Positions 25,306 to 39,291 are shown, counted from the first letter of the stretch. The stretch: 64,000 bases of DNA from Octopus sinensis (GCF_006345805.1 NC_043011.1:14644464-14708463); one strand, 5' to 3'. The notes: generated by a model from the sequence alone, not told the origin. A program made the numbers and translations.

Positions 25306-27752
25306 TGTGCTTGAACCAACGAGACAGAATAAAACGATCTTGGATCTGGTACTGACCAATCACTCTAGCTACGTTCACAGCATTTCAGTCGAAAAAACTC
25401 TCCTCTCAGACCACGACATGGTACTCTGCAATCTTAATTCCCGACGTATAAAAACCAAACCAGCCAATCCCACTCCATGGCACCCATTTGACAACATAAA
25501 TTTCCACAAAGCGGACTGGGGAACAATCAGAAAGGATCTGTCTTCCATCGACTGGTCTTTTACTCTCAATTCCCCTCATATGAGACCGCGTGGCAGCACT
25601 TTGAAACCATTGTCACCGACACATGCTCTAAACACGCTCCCAAGAAATCTACTAACACAAACAGAAACCGGCTCCCTAAAAAGAAAAAAACACTCATCAG
25701 GAGCATCAAAAGACTCAACAAAAAAATCAACCAATTAAATATTCACAACGCAACATCCACATTCAACAACAATGAAAAGACTAGAGCTGGAAAAAACTTA
25801 ATCTGCAGACTAACATGAAAACCTCCATTGAAAATCAAAGAGCTGTGGAGGAACAATGGGTAATCAAAAACATCAAACAGAACCAAAAGTGTTCTATTCT
25901 TATGCAAATAAGCATAAACCACTGTCTCACCTATTGGGCCATTGATTGATGAAAACGGCATTCCCCAACACGATGCTAAAAAATGGCAGAAATACTGCAG
26001 AAACAATATTGCTCTGTCTTCAGTGTTCCCACTGATTATCATGTGAGGGAAACGAACGAAGCTGACTCCCACACAAATCGCAGACATAACCTTCACTGCC
26101 ACCGACATCGTAGCAGCAATAAATGAGGTCAAACATTACTCTGCTGTAGGCCCTGATAGATTTCCCGCCAGTCTCCTGAAGGAATGTAGATATCAACTTG
26201 CAGTCCCTCTGACCAACCTCTGGAGAAACTCATTAGACGCAGGTTATATACCGAAAAGTTTCTATCCCAGTCGGTCATCCTGGTTTTCAAACAGGGAAAC
26301 AGATCCCTCGCAGTCAACTATCGCCCAATCTCACTCACATCCCACATCATTAAAGTGTTTGAAAGTGTTAAGATCAAGGATAGCTGACTTCCTGGAGACC
26401 CACAAACTCCTAAATTCAAATCAGCATGGCTTTCGCTGTGGCAGGACTGTCTAACACAGCTCTTACACCACATTGAAGATGTACTCAAAGCCTTGGGAAC
26501 AGGTTCGAACTCTGACGTCATATACCTTGACTTCAGTAAAGCGTTCGACAGGGTAGACTATAACATCCTACTCTCGAAATTGGCAAATGTTGGAATCCGT
26601 GGAAAAGTTCTACACTGGATTCAGTATTTCCTAGCGAATAGAACACAACATGTTGTAGTTGATGGAGTCCACTCAAACCCAGCAAAAGTCACCAGCGGTG
26701 TTCCCCAGGGAACTGTTTTGGGTCCGCTACTCTTCATAATTTATGTAAACGACCTTTCCAGTGTCGTACATCACTGCAAAGTGAAAATATTCGCTGATGA
26801 CACTAAGCTCCAGCAAATCGTCAATGAAGCAGACCGAACTCAACTCCAGTCTGACCTATATGCTGTGAGTCAATGGGCAGACAGAAACAAAATGCAACTG
26901 AATGAGGGAAAATTTGAGCTGATGCATTTTGGAAGAAATTCCTCACTAAAACAACCATACTCTCTTCTTTCAGGGGAACCGCTCACAGCCTCTAACAATA
27001 TCAGAGACCTGGGTGTAATTGTTGATGACGATCTCAGTTGGAGTGCACACATCAACAAGAAGGTCGATACAGCTCGTAGGATGAGTTCCTGGATCTTAAG
27101 AACTTTCCGGTCCAGAGAACAAGGTGTCATCATACCACTTTTTCATCCTTTGTACGGCCACACCTTGAATACTGCTGCCCACTGTGGTCTCCTCACACAA
27201 GACAAAACATCTCCAGAATTGAGTCCCCCAGAGGGCTCTCACTAAACAAATTGAAGGCATGGCTGCTCTCGATTATTGGGATCGCCTAAAGCCTTGAAAC
27301 TTTACTCCCTCCAGCGTCGCCGTGAGCGGTACATCATTTGTACGATGTGGAAATATACCGCCAACTTTGCCCAAACGACCTAAACATTAGCTTCAAGGTT
27401 CATCCGAGACTTGGACCACGGGCTATACGTCCCTGCCAAATTCAAGATCACAACATACATGTACACTGCAACATAATTTCTTTTCCTCAACAGCCCTGCC
27501 CTATTTAACATTGTCCCGAGGGAGATCAAAGAGGAAAAGGATCCCATCAACTTCAACAGAGTCTGGATAGATTCCTTCAAAGAATACCAGATACCAGACC
27601 CATAATTGGATACAACTCACCCAACAAGAACTCACTACTTGAACAAAACTTGACTTAAACAGGATTCGAATAATCCTATCAGGTGGTGCTATTAAGTTAG
27701 ACATGGCCTGGACCAATCTCTGGTCGAAACATATCTAAGTTTATCTAAGTTT
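25306..27752 (+). mobile_element. 5'-truncated CR1-type LINE (APE C-terminus plus RT), frameshifted
   Basis: [18 protein letters not shown]; VGPDRFP; NYRPISLTS; NQHGFR; YLDFSKAFDRVD; SGVPQGTVLGPLLFIIYVNDL; FADDTK; DLGVIVDDDLSWSAHI. 3' stem-loop GACC-AATCTCT-GGTC (27711-25) and terminal repeat (ATCTAAGTTT)2 at 27733-52. Confidence 0.92.
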
Positions 27753-27904
27753 ATATACATATACATATATATATATATATATATATGTGTGTATATACAC
27801 ACACATATATATATAATATGTATATGTATAAGATTATATATATATATATATTATATATATATACAGATACATATATATATGTGTGTATATATATATACAT
27901 ATAT

Positions 27905-27941
<37 letters not shown>

Positions 27942-28037
27942 GAATACATACATTTATATATATATTACATACATACACACATACATTTATATGCGCGTGT
28001 GTGTCTATATGTATACATACATGCATACATACACATA
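27753..28037. repeat. (TA)n-rich tract 3' of the CR1 LINE
   Basis: Direct reading. Confidence 0.9.
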
Positions 28038-28180
28038 TACGTAATAGGTGGTATCTAAAAGTTCCAGGAGTGGTCATGTTTAATAAAAAATAACTTATTT
28101 GCCTAAGATTTAACATTATTCCTTTCGAAATATTCACCTTGTGCAGCAATATACCGATCTCAGCGAATATTCTCCAATTT
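28038..28180. mobile_element. Possible mariner-type terminal fragment
   Basis: TACG..GGTGGTATCTAAAAGTTCC and TTCACCTTGTGCAGCAATATACCGATCTCAGCG resemble mariner 3' termini from memory. No second end found. Confidence 0.35.
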
Positions 28181-28679
28181 TACATAGGAGAAAGTCGTTT
28201 TACTTACCAACGTAGCGTTATTCTGAACGAATCTTATAGGTATATGCTATAGCGCGAGGAATTTCGCTAACACGACCCTGGCTGAAGTAGATAACACCAC
28301 CACCGACGAAAACAGCATTATAGCACCAGGAAGCTATCTGAGAATACGTAAGTACTCTCTCATTTTACATCAGCGCTATGAAAAAGCCCGTGAGGACTCT
28401 TCTATCGGATATATGAAACGGTTTAAGCAAAACTGAGTTGAAGATCACCCCCATCTTTAGCACATTTAGTGCAAAACATCTTCGAAAAAAGCTTCTTTCT
28501 TGCTCTCGTGATGTAAATGGATTTTCTCAAAATACAGAGAACTGGCCAAAGCCTGACAGAGGAGAGATAGGAAATAATGTAAAGGAACCGCTGCCGTTAT
28601 CACTAAATTTTCATATCCTTCTAATTGTAGCTGAGTCAATGGAGACAACTGTGGAATAAATTCAACTTAGAAACAGCCC

Positions 28680-31185
28680 CTGAAACCACAGTTCTTCGCA
28701 AACTTTTCTACCTTTTTGAAACTATCGTTAAGCGACTGCCATTCTTAACAAGATTAAGAAAAAAAATTCAACAGCTCTAATGTTGAAAGTTATCGACGAT
28801 GTCGTTGGAGAACTCATGGAAACATGTTATGTTAATTACTGGAATATTAATACCTTCATATACACAGCTGCTATCATTAAAGAAAACCTTGGAGAAATAT
28901 GCAGTTTACATGGTAACGAAACTACTAAATGGAAGCAAACTAAATGGTAAACAAAACTTGAAGAAACCATAAGCACTCTGCGCTTCCATATTGAATGGTT
29001 AACCACGATAATAAATGTAACAGGAATAATGAGTTTACTCCGTATCAGATATATCTTATGAATAAATTAACAAAACTCTATGGCGAATCTTCACACCAAG
29101 CTGTTGGGGGAAGGTTAATTACTCAAAAATATGAACCCAGCGCGGTGAGCGAAAACCTTCGCTCCCGCAAACGAATTTTTGAATGAGCCTGTATAAATCC
29201 CAAGTTCGCTTCTGACCCACAGACATTATTCAGAGAAATAAGAAGGAAAATATTACCGTTAAGAAACCCCTTCTCCTAAGAAGATCTTGAATTAAATCTA
29301 GTTGAAGATCAGGAACGAAAAAAGGGCTTTGAACCTTAATGCATCGTGGGTAAATGCAGTAAGGAGGTAATACTGTACCAAGATCAATTGATCTGAACAC
29401 TTTCACCATAGCTGTAGGCAAACTGCATAATGGGAAGGCATCTTGAAAGGGTCTAATAGTTGGATACTGTTTTAAGAGACTGACATTATACAGAAAACCG
29501 CCAACAAGTATATTCAAAAGCATTATGAAGGGTCAGATTGACATCCCAAATTGGCTTTCTATAGCACGGACGAATCTTGTAGCCAAGAATGAAACCATCG
29601 AGTTGGCAGAAATCTATAGTTCCATTAGTTGCCTAAGCATTATGTACAAACTGTACACAAGCTGCCTCAATCAATTCTTCCCGTATCATTGTGAGTCCAA
29701 CAGATAGTGACTGATGAGTACGACTGATGAATGGATTGCGGAGGTGTGCCGAACAACTTTTTAAAAAGAAAGCTGTATTGTGTGAAGTGAAAAAAACATC
29801 GTAGGAGCCTTGCAACAGTGTGACTTGATTATAGGGAGGCACTTGACTCTAATCATCACACATGACTGCTGAAGTCTCTACATTTGGCAAAGTGCCCGCT
29901 ACCTTAAGTGCTGCATTTAGAAGCTCACAAAGAGCTGGGTAAGAATTCTTACACTTAGAACTGAGAGCGGAACGATCGTCTGCAATGGTGCGTAAATATT
30001 TCAAAGGGAATATTCCAAGGAGAAGTCAAATGGCTACATGCTAGGGTCTGCAATTGCTAGAGATATTAATGTAACCTATAATTTCTACTTGGATGAGCTC
30101 AATATTTATGCTAAAATTGTTAAGCATGCTAAAAATCAACTAGACATTCAACTGACATAGGAATGGAATTTGGTCAAAAGAAATGTTGTTCATATTTGAT
30201 TGTTACGTAGAAAATCAGTGCTCCAGCCCCCCAAAAACCTGTGCATCAATGGATACTCTATCTCTCCTGCCCCACACAAAGAATGCTGCAAATACCTAGG
30301 CATTGAGGAAAATATATCATATGAAGGTACTGCGAATATAGACGGGGTGATCCGAGATTTTATGCCAGACTTAGAAAATTATGGCAGTCGGAACTATCCT
30401 CCTATAACAAGACAATATTCCACATTGCATTTGCACTACCACCACCGATTCCAACATTAGGGATACTTCGCTGGTCTGTAGAAGAAACTCACTCCATGGA
30501 CGTTAAAACCCGCAAGAAACTAACATCAGCTGGAAATCTCCACAGAAATAATGATATCGATAGGTTCTACCTAAAAACAGATAAAGGTGGTAGAGGCCTG
30601 AGATCAGTGCAGATAACCTTTGAATGACGTATTGTCTCTCTCAGACAACACTTGGTAAGTAACAGCAGCAAAAACAAATACAGTGACTCAGTGAAAAGAA
30701 CAATACCCTTCACGCCGGCAGCGAGCTCATCGGAAAGCATTCTCTTTCTGATGACCTCCTATACAACCCCATAACAGCCAGACTAACATACCTCAGAGAA
30801 GACCTGGTTGTGAAACGCTCAGTATATCAAATAAAAAAAGATAAAATTGAAAGGCCACACATGGATATTCTTCCCGACGATTTGAAGACAGTAATATTGA
30901 CACGAAGCGCAGCCTCTTCTGGAATCGTGACCTCTACATCACATTACACTTCGAAGGCTTTGCATTTGCAATACAAAAGCAAGAGGTTACTATGAAATAC
31001 CTAACAAGCAAAAGAGACAGCGAAGCCCTTGGGGTCCCAAGATGCAACCGCAAATGTTGATGACGTCATATTCCTGTGGAAGACATCGCATATGTGATTA
31101 GCAGCTGCCAAACAATGTCATCGAGTTACCATCTCCCTATGCGATACGACGTTGTCGCAAAAAACAATATTCGGATGAAAGAATG
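28680..31185 (+). mobile_element. Long decayed R4/Dong-like RLE LINE
   Basis: ARTNLVAK..SISCLSIMYKLYTSCL (RT domain 1-2 region); V*LDYREA.DS; KGIFQG; IGMEFGQKKC; CKYLGIEEN; GGRGLRS; DIAYVISSC...RYDVVAK. Many stops and frameshifts. Confidence 0.8.
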
Positions 31186-31220
31186 TTCAGGAATAAATAT
31201 AGATAAAACCACCCATAACA

Positions 31221-31287
<67 letters not shown>

Positions 31288-31291
<4 letters not shown>

Positions 31292-31581
31292 GCACACACG
31301 CAGACACACAAATGTATGTATGCATACATACATACCTACATGTTTGTGTGTCTACAGTTCGGTGATGTATATCGGCGAAGGATGCGATCGACTATAAAAT
31401 CAATACTTATTGAATGGGAATCCACCCTCCTGATTACAGTTTTGCACCGTTTTGCAAAAACTCCCTTGTTACTTTCACGGATAGTAAAAACAGTGAGCCA
31501 GGGATTGAAAACCACTCTCTTCCTGATGATCTCTTATACAACCCCATAACAACCAGACTAACATACTTCAGAAAAGACCCT

Positions 31582-31622
<41 letters not shown>

Positions 31623-31875
31623 ACAAACACACACACACACACAGAGGCACACGGCCACACACAGGCACACACACAAATGTATGTATGCATACATACCTAC
31701 ATGTTTGTATGTCTACAGTTCGGTGATGTATATCGGCGAAGGATGCGATCGACTATAAAATCAATACTTATTGAATGGGGACCTACCCTCCCGATAATTG
31801 TTTTGCACCGTTTTACAAAAACTCCCTTGTTGCTTTCATGGATCTTAAAAACAGTGAGCCAGGGATTGAAAACCA
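31288..31875 (+). repeat. Local tandem duplication (X 31288-31514, X' 31642-31875) separated by a copy of LINE segment 30741-30804 and (CA)n
   Basis: X and X' share TACAGTTCGGTGATGTATATCGGCGAAGGATGCGATCGACTATAAAATC...GGGATTGAAAACCA. 31516-31579 matches 30741-30804. Confidence 0.9.
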
Positions 31876-32169
31876 GTATTCAGCAACATTATTGCTCATA
31901 AATTTCTACACAGAATAAATAGATATTTCACTAATATTTCAAACCTGAAGTCAATCTTTAATAGTTCGGGAATATTATTTGTGGTATTAGAATCAAAAGG
32001 CCACTTAGAAATTGAGATTCATTGCAAACGACATTTTGAAATATATATACTTGTGTGTATATATATATGTCTGTGTGTATGTACACACACACACACACGC
32101 ACACACACACACACACACACATACACACACACACATACACACATACACATACATGTAACTAGATGCATG

Positions 32170-32299
32170 TGTCTATGTAGTTATGTATATATGTATGTAT
32201 GTATGTATGTGTCTATGAATGTATGTATGTATGTGTCTAAGTATGTGTCTATGTATGTATGTATGCATGTATATATATATGTATGTATGTATGCATGTA

Positions 32300-32335
<36 letters not shown>

Positions 32336-32377
32336 TGTATGTATGTATGTGTGTATGTATGTATGTGTCTATGTATG

Positions 32378-32411
<34 letters not shown>

Positions 32412-32530
32412 TGTATGTGTATGTATGTGTGTGTGTATGTGTGTGTGTATGTATGTATGTATGTATGTATGTATGTATGTATGTATGTATGTATGCATGT
32501 GTGTGTGTGTATCTATGTATGTATGCATGC
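32170..32530. repeat. (ATGT)n microsatellite
   Basis: Direct reading. Confidence 0.95.
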
Positions 32531-35029
32531 ATGTTTATGTATTCCGGGTGAAAAAATTGCGCAAGTTCCACACGTCAAAAGAACAATAGAAAATTGTTAT
32601 TTTTGAAAACCAGAAATAAATCAACATGCAATATAGATAATAGCTGTTGACATTTGCTGCGGAAAGGTGTGTTTTATAATGGGAAATCCTGTAATTTAGA
32701 ACTTCGTGCAAATAGAAAATGAAAAGGAAAATAATCTGGTTTTACGTGTTGAGAATATATTAAGAAGTCCTTCTAATGTATATCGCTTGATGTTATTGTT
32801 GTTGACATCGGCACTGCCTCCGTGACCACCGCCGCCACCGCCGCCACCGCCACTCCCGCCCGATGACGACGACGGCGATGATGACAGCGCTGATGATCAA
32901 AATCCTAGTCATAATCATGATCGTCGTCGTTGACGCTGTCTCGTTGGAGATGGGCGTCGGAGATGTCGTTGCCATCACTGATATTATTATGCACAATCGT
33001 GCGTTTTGGCTTCATAGTGCTATCTCATTAACAAAACTTGAGTATTGCTATGAGAATTTTATTTCAGAAATGATTTATTTTACAGAAACCTCTACACTGC
33101 GTGTGCTTGTATAATGTGTATATATGAGCATCGCTAATATTTGTTAATTTTAAGGCCATAGTCTTATTCCTTACTTTTGCTCTGCAAGTACATGCGTCTC
33201 TGTACGTGCGGTGTTTTGTTTTGGTGGTCTGTTTTCTATAGAAGTAAAAGTACTTTGCGTAACGTATGTACAATGGCTAGTTGAACAATTTTCTGTATTC
33301 TATCTGTTTGTGTAAACACTGGGGTTTTGGTTAGGTTTTTGCTCGATTTCTTTTTGATATAATTCACACAAGAGTATATTACTATAGAGATTGTTTCTGT
33401 TTTTTGCACGAAAGTTCTGGTGTTCTGTATTTCCAGACATTTATATTTGGATAATTTATGAATTTCTTTTAGAGATATATTAACATATGTCCAGACTGAT
33501 TAAAAGTGATTTCTTTCTCGGTTGTACTGTTTGAGATTATTGGCTTATCCGAGGGAATGCTTGCTTTGTAATCCCTCCTGTATTTATAGTATTTCTGTTC
33601 TGAGGGTATTTAGTAATGCGAGATCGGAGTCTTCGAGTAACACGCCCTCACGCTCAATTTTGATGAAAAAGAAATGTACATCTTCAAGGCAACTGAGATT
33701 GAGGAGAGGAGTCGCTGTGTTTTTTCGGAAAGGCATAGATCTCGTGTTTATTACCTAAAAGATAATTTGACAGAACTGAGCGTGACCAGCAGCGAAGAGG
33801 ATGTCTTCATATTAGCAGCTATTTATGCCTCGAAAAGGGCGGTGCTGCTAGATTTCTTCAGGCGGGTGGAAGTTTTCTTTGGAACGTCTCGATATTTAGT
33901 ACCTATGGAATACTAGAACGCCGTCCTGGATGCACGTCTGGATTGTGTGGGACTAGCTGGATTTACCAAATGTGCCAATGTGGACATGGATAAACTGCAT
34001 CGGGTCATCCAGATCGTATATCGATAGGGTATTCTGTGGGGCAGTATCAATGGTTGTTCACAATTTTAAATCGCCGGCTATATAGACAACAAATTGCGAT
34101 ATATATATATGCCAGACCTAGGTAACTCCGCAGATTAGGATCTAGTTACTGAAAGTTGGATGCGTCACTGTCAGTGTGCCAAGCTTACACATACCAAATA
34201 AGTTAAAAGGGTTTTGAGAGAGGTAGTAATAGAACGCTACAAATGGTTTTGTTTTCCAGAATTGGACCGGCGAATTAAAGACAAAATACCCTATCGATGG
34301 TATCTTAATATCAATATGAGACCCTACTCAGCAGGAACAAATGCAAAATTAGCGAAATGGAAGTCCAGTGCATAAGTCATCTGATGACGTGGAAAGAGTC
34401 GAGCTTGCCCCCACTAACGTACAAGATATCTCCCAAATGCTAGTCTTATGAAACAAAACGTTTGAAGTGATTTTTTTTGGAGGGGGTGTCATACCTCACC
34501 TAAGTAACTAAAATGCATCGTTTAGAGAACTTAAGACTAGATATGGGCATCTACTCAAATACAGCGTTATACCAAGCAAAAGAAGTGCACTGTTTTATCT
34601 GGTCTGAAATACTTTGATGTAAATGAATCAACAAAGATTTACAACTGCAAAAAGGATGCAGGCTGCTGCTTGATACAAGAATGATGCAAGCTGTTTCTTG
34701 ATGCAATCCTGTGATGCGGAAACTCGCTGCAAGGGAAATAAATGTTATTCATCGTACACGTATGTAAGATGTTTCACTACTACATTTTTGGCAAATAAGT
34801 ACAAGTGTTTAATAATGATAAGGCTCTAGAATCTATCTTCCTCAAATTACTCATCGCAGCTCTGTAGTGCAATTTTCTAGCGTTATAATGATATGCTCTC
34901 GCTGCGGTATACAGAAAAAGGGAAAATGTTTATATATACGAGATACTCTTTCCAAGATCAAACTGTTTGAAAGCAAACCAGAATTAAGCCATATAGAGTA
35001 AAGGTACGAGTGCAGTATGTCAAAAGCTC

Positions 35030-36150
35030 CGCATACTGGACATCAGTAGATTTCAGGGGTCATTCGTAGAGAAAACGTACCGTTTCGGGGCCTTCCTCTC
35101 GACGGCCTTAGCGCACTACATCCTTCCCACCTCACTTATGTGAGCTTCCTCCTACTGGATCGGCTGACTTATTCGATCTTAAGTTCATTTCGGGATCGTC
35201 CCCACATTCAAATTGTGGAGTCATGTATGTCTGATTTGCCATACAGGCAAACAAGTACTTGCCTCAAATCCTTATTACCTCTCCAGCCAAGTTTTATTAT
35301 CCCTTTTTGTCCATATCTGATGGTCGGATCTTTCAGTTGTCATGGATTGCTTTCGAGAAAGCATTTGCTTGAAGGTGATTGGCAGTAAATCACAGGTAGC
35401 TCGAAGACAGAAACTCAGTCGTGATGTGCTCCCGCTTCACATCTCATTTCATCCCACTTTCCTTCCAATAAACTCTTCTTCCTGTTTGGTCATCTGATCT
35501 TTCTGAAAGCATAGAATCAAATGTAGTTCAGTTTTTCTGCTTCTCTCGCTTTCACACCATTTTCTTGTAGTTTTGCCATCTGGCTAATTATTTCGGCTTT
35601 CTACGTCATCGAACATCTTCAATATCATAACTGTTCGCACTTTTGTAGATACCAACGAGTGATGTTACAGGTAGTTGAAGAAACCCTCACTTCAGATATA
35701 GTGTTCAACTGTTAATCCTGCGAGGTAGATCAAGCCACATCCTGATATAGATACTGCATTTTTGCTTCATGATGTCGACTCTCGACAATGCTACTTAGTA
35801 TATGAGCAGAGGCCAAGCAAGACAGGGATAAAACCAAACTGCAAACATCAAATCTTGTATTTTCCCGGTCGTTTTGACTTATCTATTGCTTCTCATCCAT
35901 CCGCGGCTTGTACTTTGATCTCAATGTTTCTACTCTTATCGGACAGCGAGTTAGCTTACCATCGTCCTAAACTTTTCACAGGTTTGTTTTTAACAATTGG
36001 CATGGTTTCTCCTGCTATTTTGACCTTCACTTGCTTCTGTTGATTCTTAACAAACGTCAGACTGCGTGACACATTTACTGTAAACCGTATTCATGACCAA
36101 GTAATTAGCTCATCCAGGCTATTTCGTCTTGACTGTCTGTCACTTTGGTC
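35030..36150 (-). mobile_element. Decayed Hero-clade-like non-LTR retrotransposon (post-RT region and 3' end)
   Basis: Manual translation across stops: KIAGETMPIVKNKPVKSLGRW*..LSD..IDKSKRPGKYKI*CLQFG...AWPL.IY.VALSRV...IYIRMWLDLPR...LQLPVTSL. This matches my recollection of Hero-clade ORFs (PVKSLGRWY, LPGKFK.W, LWPL..YEV, WLGLP). 3' UTR-like GCCCCGAAAC..AATGACCCC..ACTGATGTCC. Confidence 0.6.
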
Positions 36151-36786
36151 TTTTGTGAGTTATGTCATCAATGCAATTGATCTCCTGTCACTCTCAAAAG
36201 ACAACGGCACTGAAATTCAAATTGCCACACAAAAAGAAGTGGCCTGACAATAGTTCCAAAGCATTCGAGACAGTGCAGTGATTCTGGGACTCTGGAGGTA
36301 AACTCGGCGTCTATAATGAAATCATCATGAGAATTGTGGTCACCAAACCAACACTAGCAAATTACGATCCTAAAGCACGAGTCATCCATTGACATCATAA
36401 AATGCCAGGGATGTTATGTGCTGAAATCTGAAAACGAATAAAAGATTAATCGTGGAAATTACAGAATTCCATAACAAAAAACTACAATCTGAACAATTAA
36501 AACTCATAGACACTCCTCCCTCATTATCATTCATGGATATTGGAATAGATCATTTAGTTTGAGTTAAAAAGCTACCTACTGTTTGTACATTTCTGTACAG
36601 CTTCATAGAAGTGGAACAGTCTAACTATAATTGAGAAAGTAAAAGTTCATTTTAACAGACATAGCACCCCTCTTACAATAGTGTGTATGCACATAAATAC
36701 ATTTATATATAGACATTATGTATTTTTAATTTCGTTTTTGGATTTGGTTTGCAAGATTCTTTATATGAGTTCGTGTGTTGAAGCAT

Positions 36787-37066
36787 ATTCTGTTGTGTCT
36801 GGGGAGAGTCATTCTCTTTTAGTGCCTTATTATTTAACACACACACCGGTAAAATTTCCACTTATTTCTTATTTTTATTTTCTAAAATTTTCGTTGCGTG
36901 TTGCAATTTTTTTGAATAGTCTTGAGAGTCAAAACTATTGAAAAGGTTGCAACACGCAACGAAAATTTTAGAAAATAAAAATAAGAAATAAGTGGAAATT
37001 TTACCGGTGAGTGTGTTAAATAATAAGGCACTAAAAGAGAATGACTCTCCCCAGACACAACAGAAT
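36787..37066. repeat. 280-bp near-perfect palindrome (foldback/MITE-like)
   Basis: ATTCTGTTGTGTCTGGGGAGAGTC... pairs with ...GACTCTCCCCAGACACAACAGAAT. About 5 mismatches, mostly near the centre. Confidence 0.95.
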
Positions 37067-37282
37067 GTATTTTTAAGTTAATGTGCAAGTTGATCTGCTT
37101 TCTAGTCCTTATGGGACAGGCTTTAAACGTATGTGTAACTGCTACATATTCTTCATAAGTATTCTAGTTTAAGTATATAACCCAATAGCCAGTAAATTAC
37201 ATTCCCATGGACATGCAACGACGAACATGTTCCTTACCCACCCTTACCAGTAAAAGGGAGATAGAGCATATTGTACACACAA

Positions 37283-37486
37283 TTCTTTCTACAATAGACA
37301 CAAGACCTGAACTTTGAAGAGAGGATGTTTGTTGATTTCATCGATCCCATTGCTCGACTGGTATTTATTTTATTGAGCACAAAAGGATGAAAAGTAGAGT
37401 CGACCTCGGTGGTATAAGGTAAAGCGGGAAGATGTGGCCCCAAAGCATTTTGTCCGACGTGTTAATGATCCTACTAGCTCGCCACC
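37283..37486 (-). mobile_element. Diverged SINE B, tail type 1
   Basis: AAAAGGATGAAAAG..GTCGACCTCGG and ...AGCTCGCCACC. Confidence 0.75.
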
Positions 37487-37929
37487 CGAGCATATTGTAC
37501 TCATAATGATCTCAGCAGTCTACATATACATATTTTTGCTAGAGCCATATGCATACAGCAGTAAGGGATCTTTCTTAGTGTAGATAGCAAAAGATGAAAT
37601 CTATCTTTCAACATAAAATACATTTTCCCTACAGGTAATATGGATGAGATATGTGTGTAGAAAAGATAAAGTGGTGAAGATAAGGAAGACAAGTTAGATG
37701 ACACCTGTAGTGTGGGGGTTTAAGATGGAAAAGGTGAGCGGTAACGATGAGAGTGTGGGCTTTATAGAAAATGTAGATGAGTAGTGGATGCGAGATGAGT
37801 GGGCGGTTGTGATGAAAAGGGCCGGTAGTATAGATTCGAGATTGGGGAATAGAGAAAAGAAAAAAAGTGGTCATCAGAGATGAAGAAGCTAGCGGTAGAA
37901 ATGAGGTTTTGCAGTTTATGCAAGAAGAA

Positions 37930-38355
37930 TGTTCAATAGAGATGAGAGATGAGGTAAAACAGACAAGGGATTTGTCAGTAGAAAAGAGAGTGGTTAGTTG
38001 AGAAAGGAAGTGTGTGCACTAAAGATGAGGCATTGGTCAAAAGAGAAGGAGGGAAACGTGGGTAGTAAAGACGGAAGTGTAAGCCATTGACGTTAGAAAT
38101 TGTGCAATAGAGATGTAAAAGGGAGCAGCAGAGATGAGTGACTGCATAATAGATATGAAAATAAATGTGGACAGTAAAGCAGAGAACGTGGTCGGTAGAG
38201 ATAAGAAATTGGGCAATAGAGAAGAGAGTAAGCATTAGAGATAAGAAAACTGGGCAGTAGTGAAGTAATTGTGCAATACAGACGATATGGTTGGGCAGCA
38301 GAGATGAAAAAAGGTGGATTGTAAAGATGAGGGTGAGTAGTGCAGTAGAGACAAC
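37930..38355 (+). repeat. Degenerate purine-rich minisatellite
   Basis: Recurrent TG(G/T)GCA(A/G)(T/C)AGAGA(T/A)G-like units at roughly 20-40 nt spacing, e.g. 38101, 38210, 38251, 38272, 38292. Confidence 0.55.
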
Positions 38356-39197
38356 AACACTTCCCCAATAAAACGAAAACTATAAAACAAAAAGGAAAAA
38401 AAAATACAAATAAACAAATTTCAGCTAATAGTTGTAATGACATTTTACATTGGTCATGTGTTATTTAAAGTTCTTATGGTGAAGGTTGATGGTCTGTGTG
38501 GGAAATGGCACAGACATTAGTGGAGTATATTGGTCGAGAAATAGGTAAATAACTGTCTCTCAAATAAGAGACTGAGAGAGTGGGAAAGAGAGAGAGAGAG
38601 AGAGAAAAAGAAAGAAAGAGAGAAAGAGAGAGTGTGTGTGTGTGTGTGTGAAAGAGAAGAGTGAGAGTTAGTTGCTGATTACTGAAGGGTAATGGAACTA
38701 GAAAAGTATGGCAATTGTTTACTGAAAATGTGAGATGAGAATGTGAAGTAGTAACTGATTACATGGATAGAGAGAGAGAGAGAGAGAGAGAGAGGCAGAG
38801 AGAAAGAAAGAGCGAGAGCTTAGAATGGATGAAGTAAGAGATAGTGATTAGATCTATTGGAGTGAGTGACAAAGTCAGAGATGATTAGTTAAATACGGAG
38901 AGGGAGGAAGGAGAGAGAGAGAGAGTGTTTGTGCAGAGGAGATGGATGGAAGAACATGAGGTGGAAAATTCAATAAACGAGAAGAAGAATGAGGAGGGTT
39001 GCAGTATATCCTTACAGAGAATTAGAGAGGTGGAGGGGTAGAGAGAAAGGGATAGACAGAGTGAAATGATTATTGAAACACATAAACACATATAACTATA
39101 CGTGCATTCATGTAGTTATATGCATACATACACACAGAGAGGCAAATATATAAATAAAGAAATAAACGCAAACATACATAATATATGAATCTATGTA

Positions 39198-39241
<44 letters not shown>

Positions 39242-39246
39242 ATATA

Positions 39247-39291
<45 letters not shown>

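Noticed and set aside
27700-27735. GACC..GGTC GAAAC at the CR1 3' end as a hammerhead
   Set aside because: The upstream sequence is GGCCTG with no ANGA. It is better explained as the LINE 3' stem-loop.
33420-34400. Higher-complexity segment with short ORFs
   Set aside because: No motif recognised in any frame. It may be decayed TE; BLASTX would decide.
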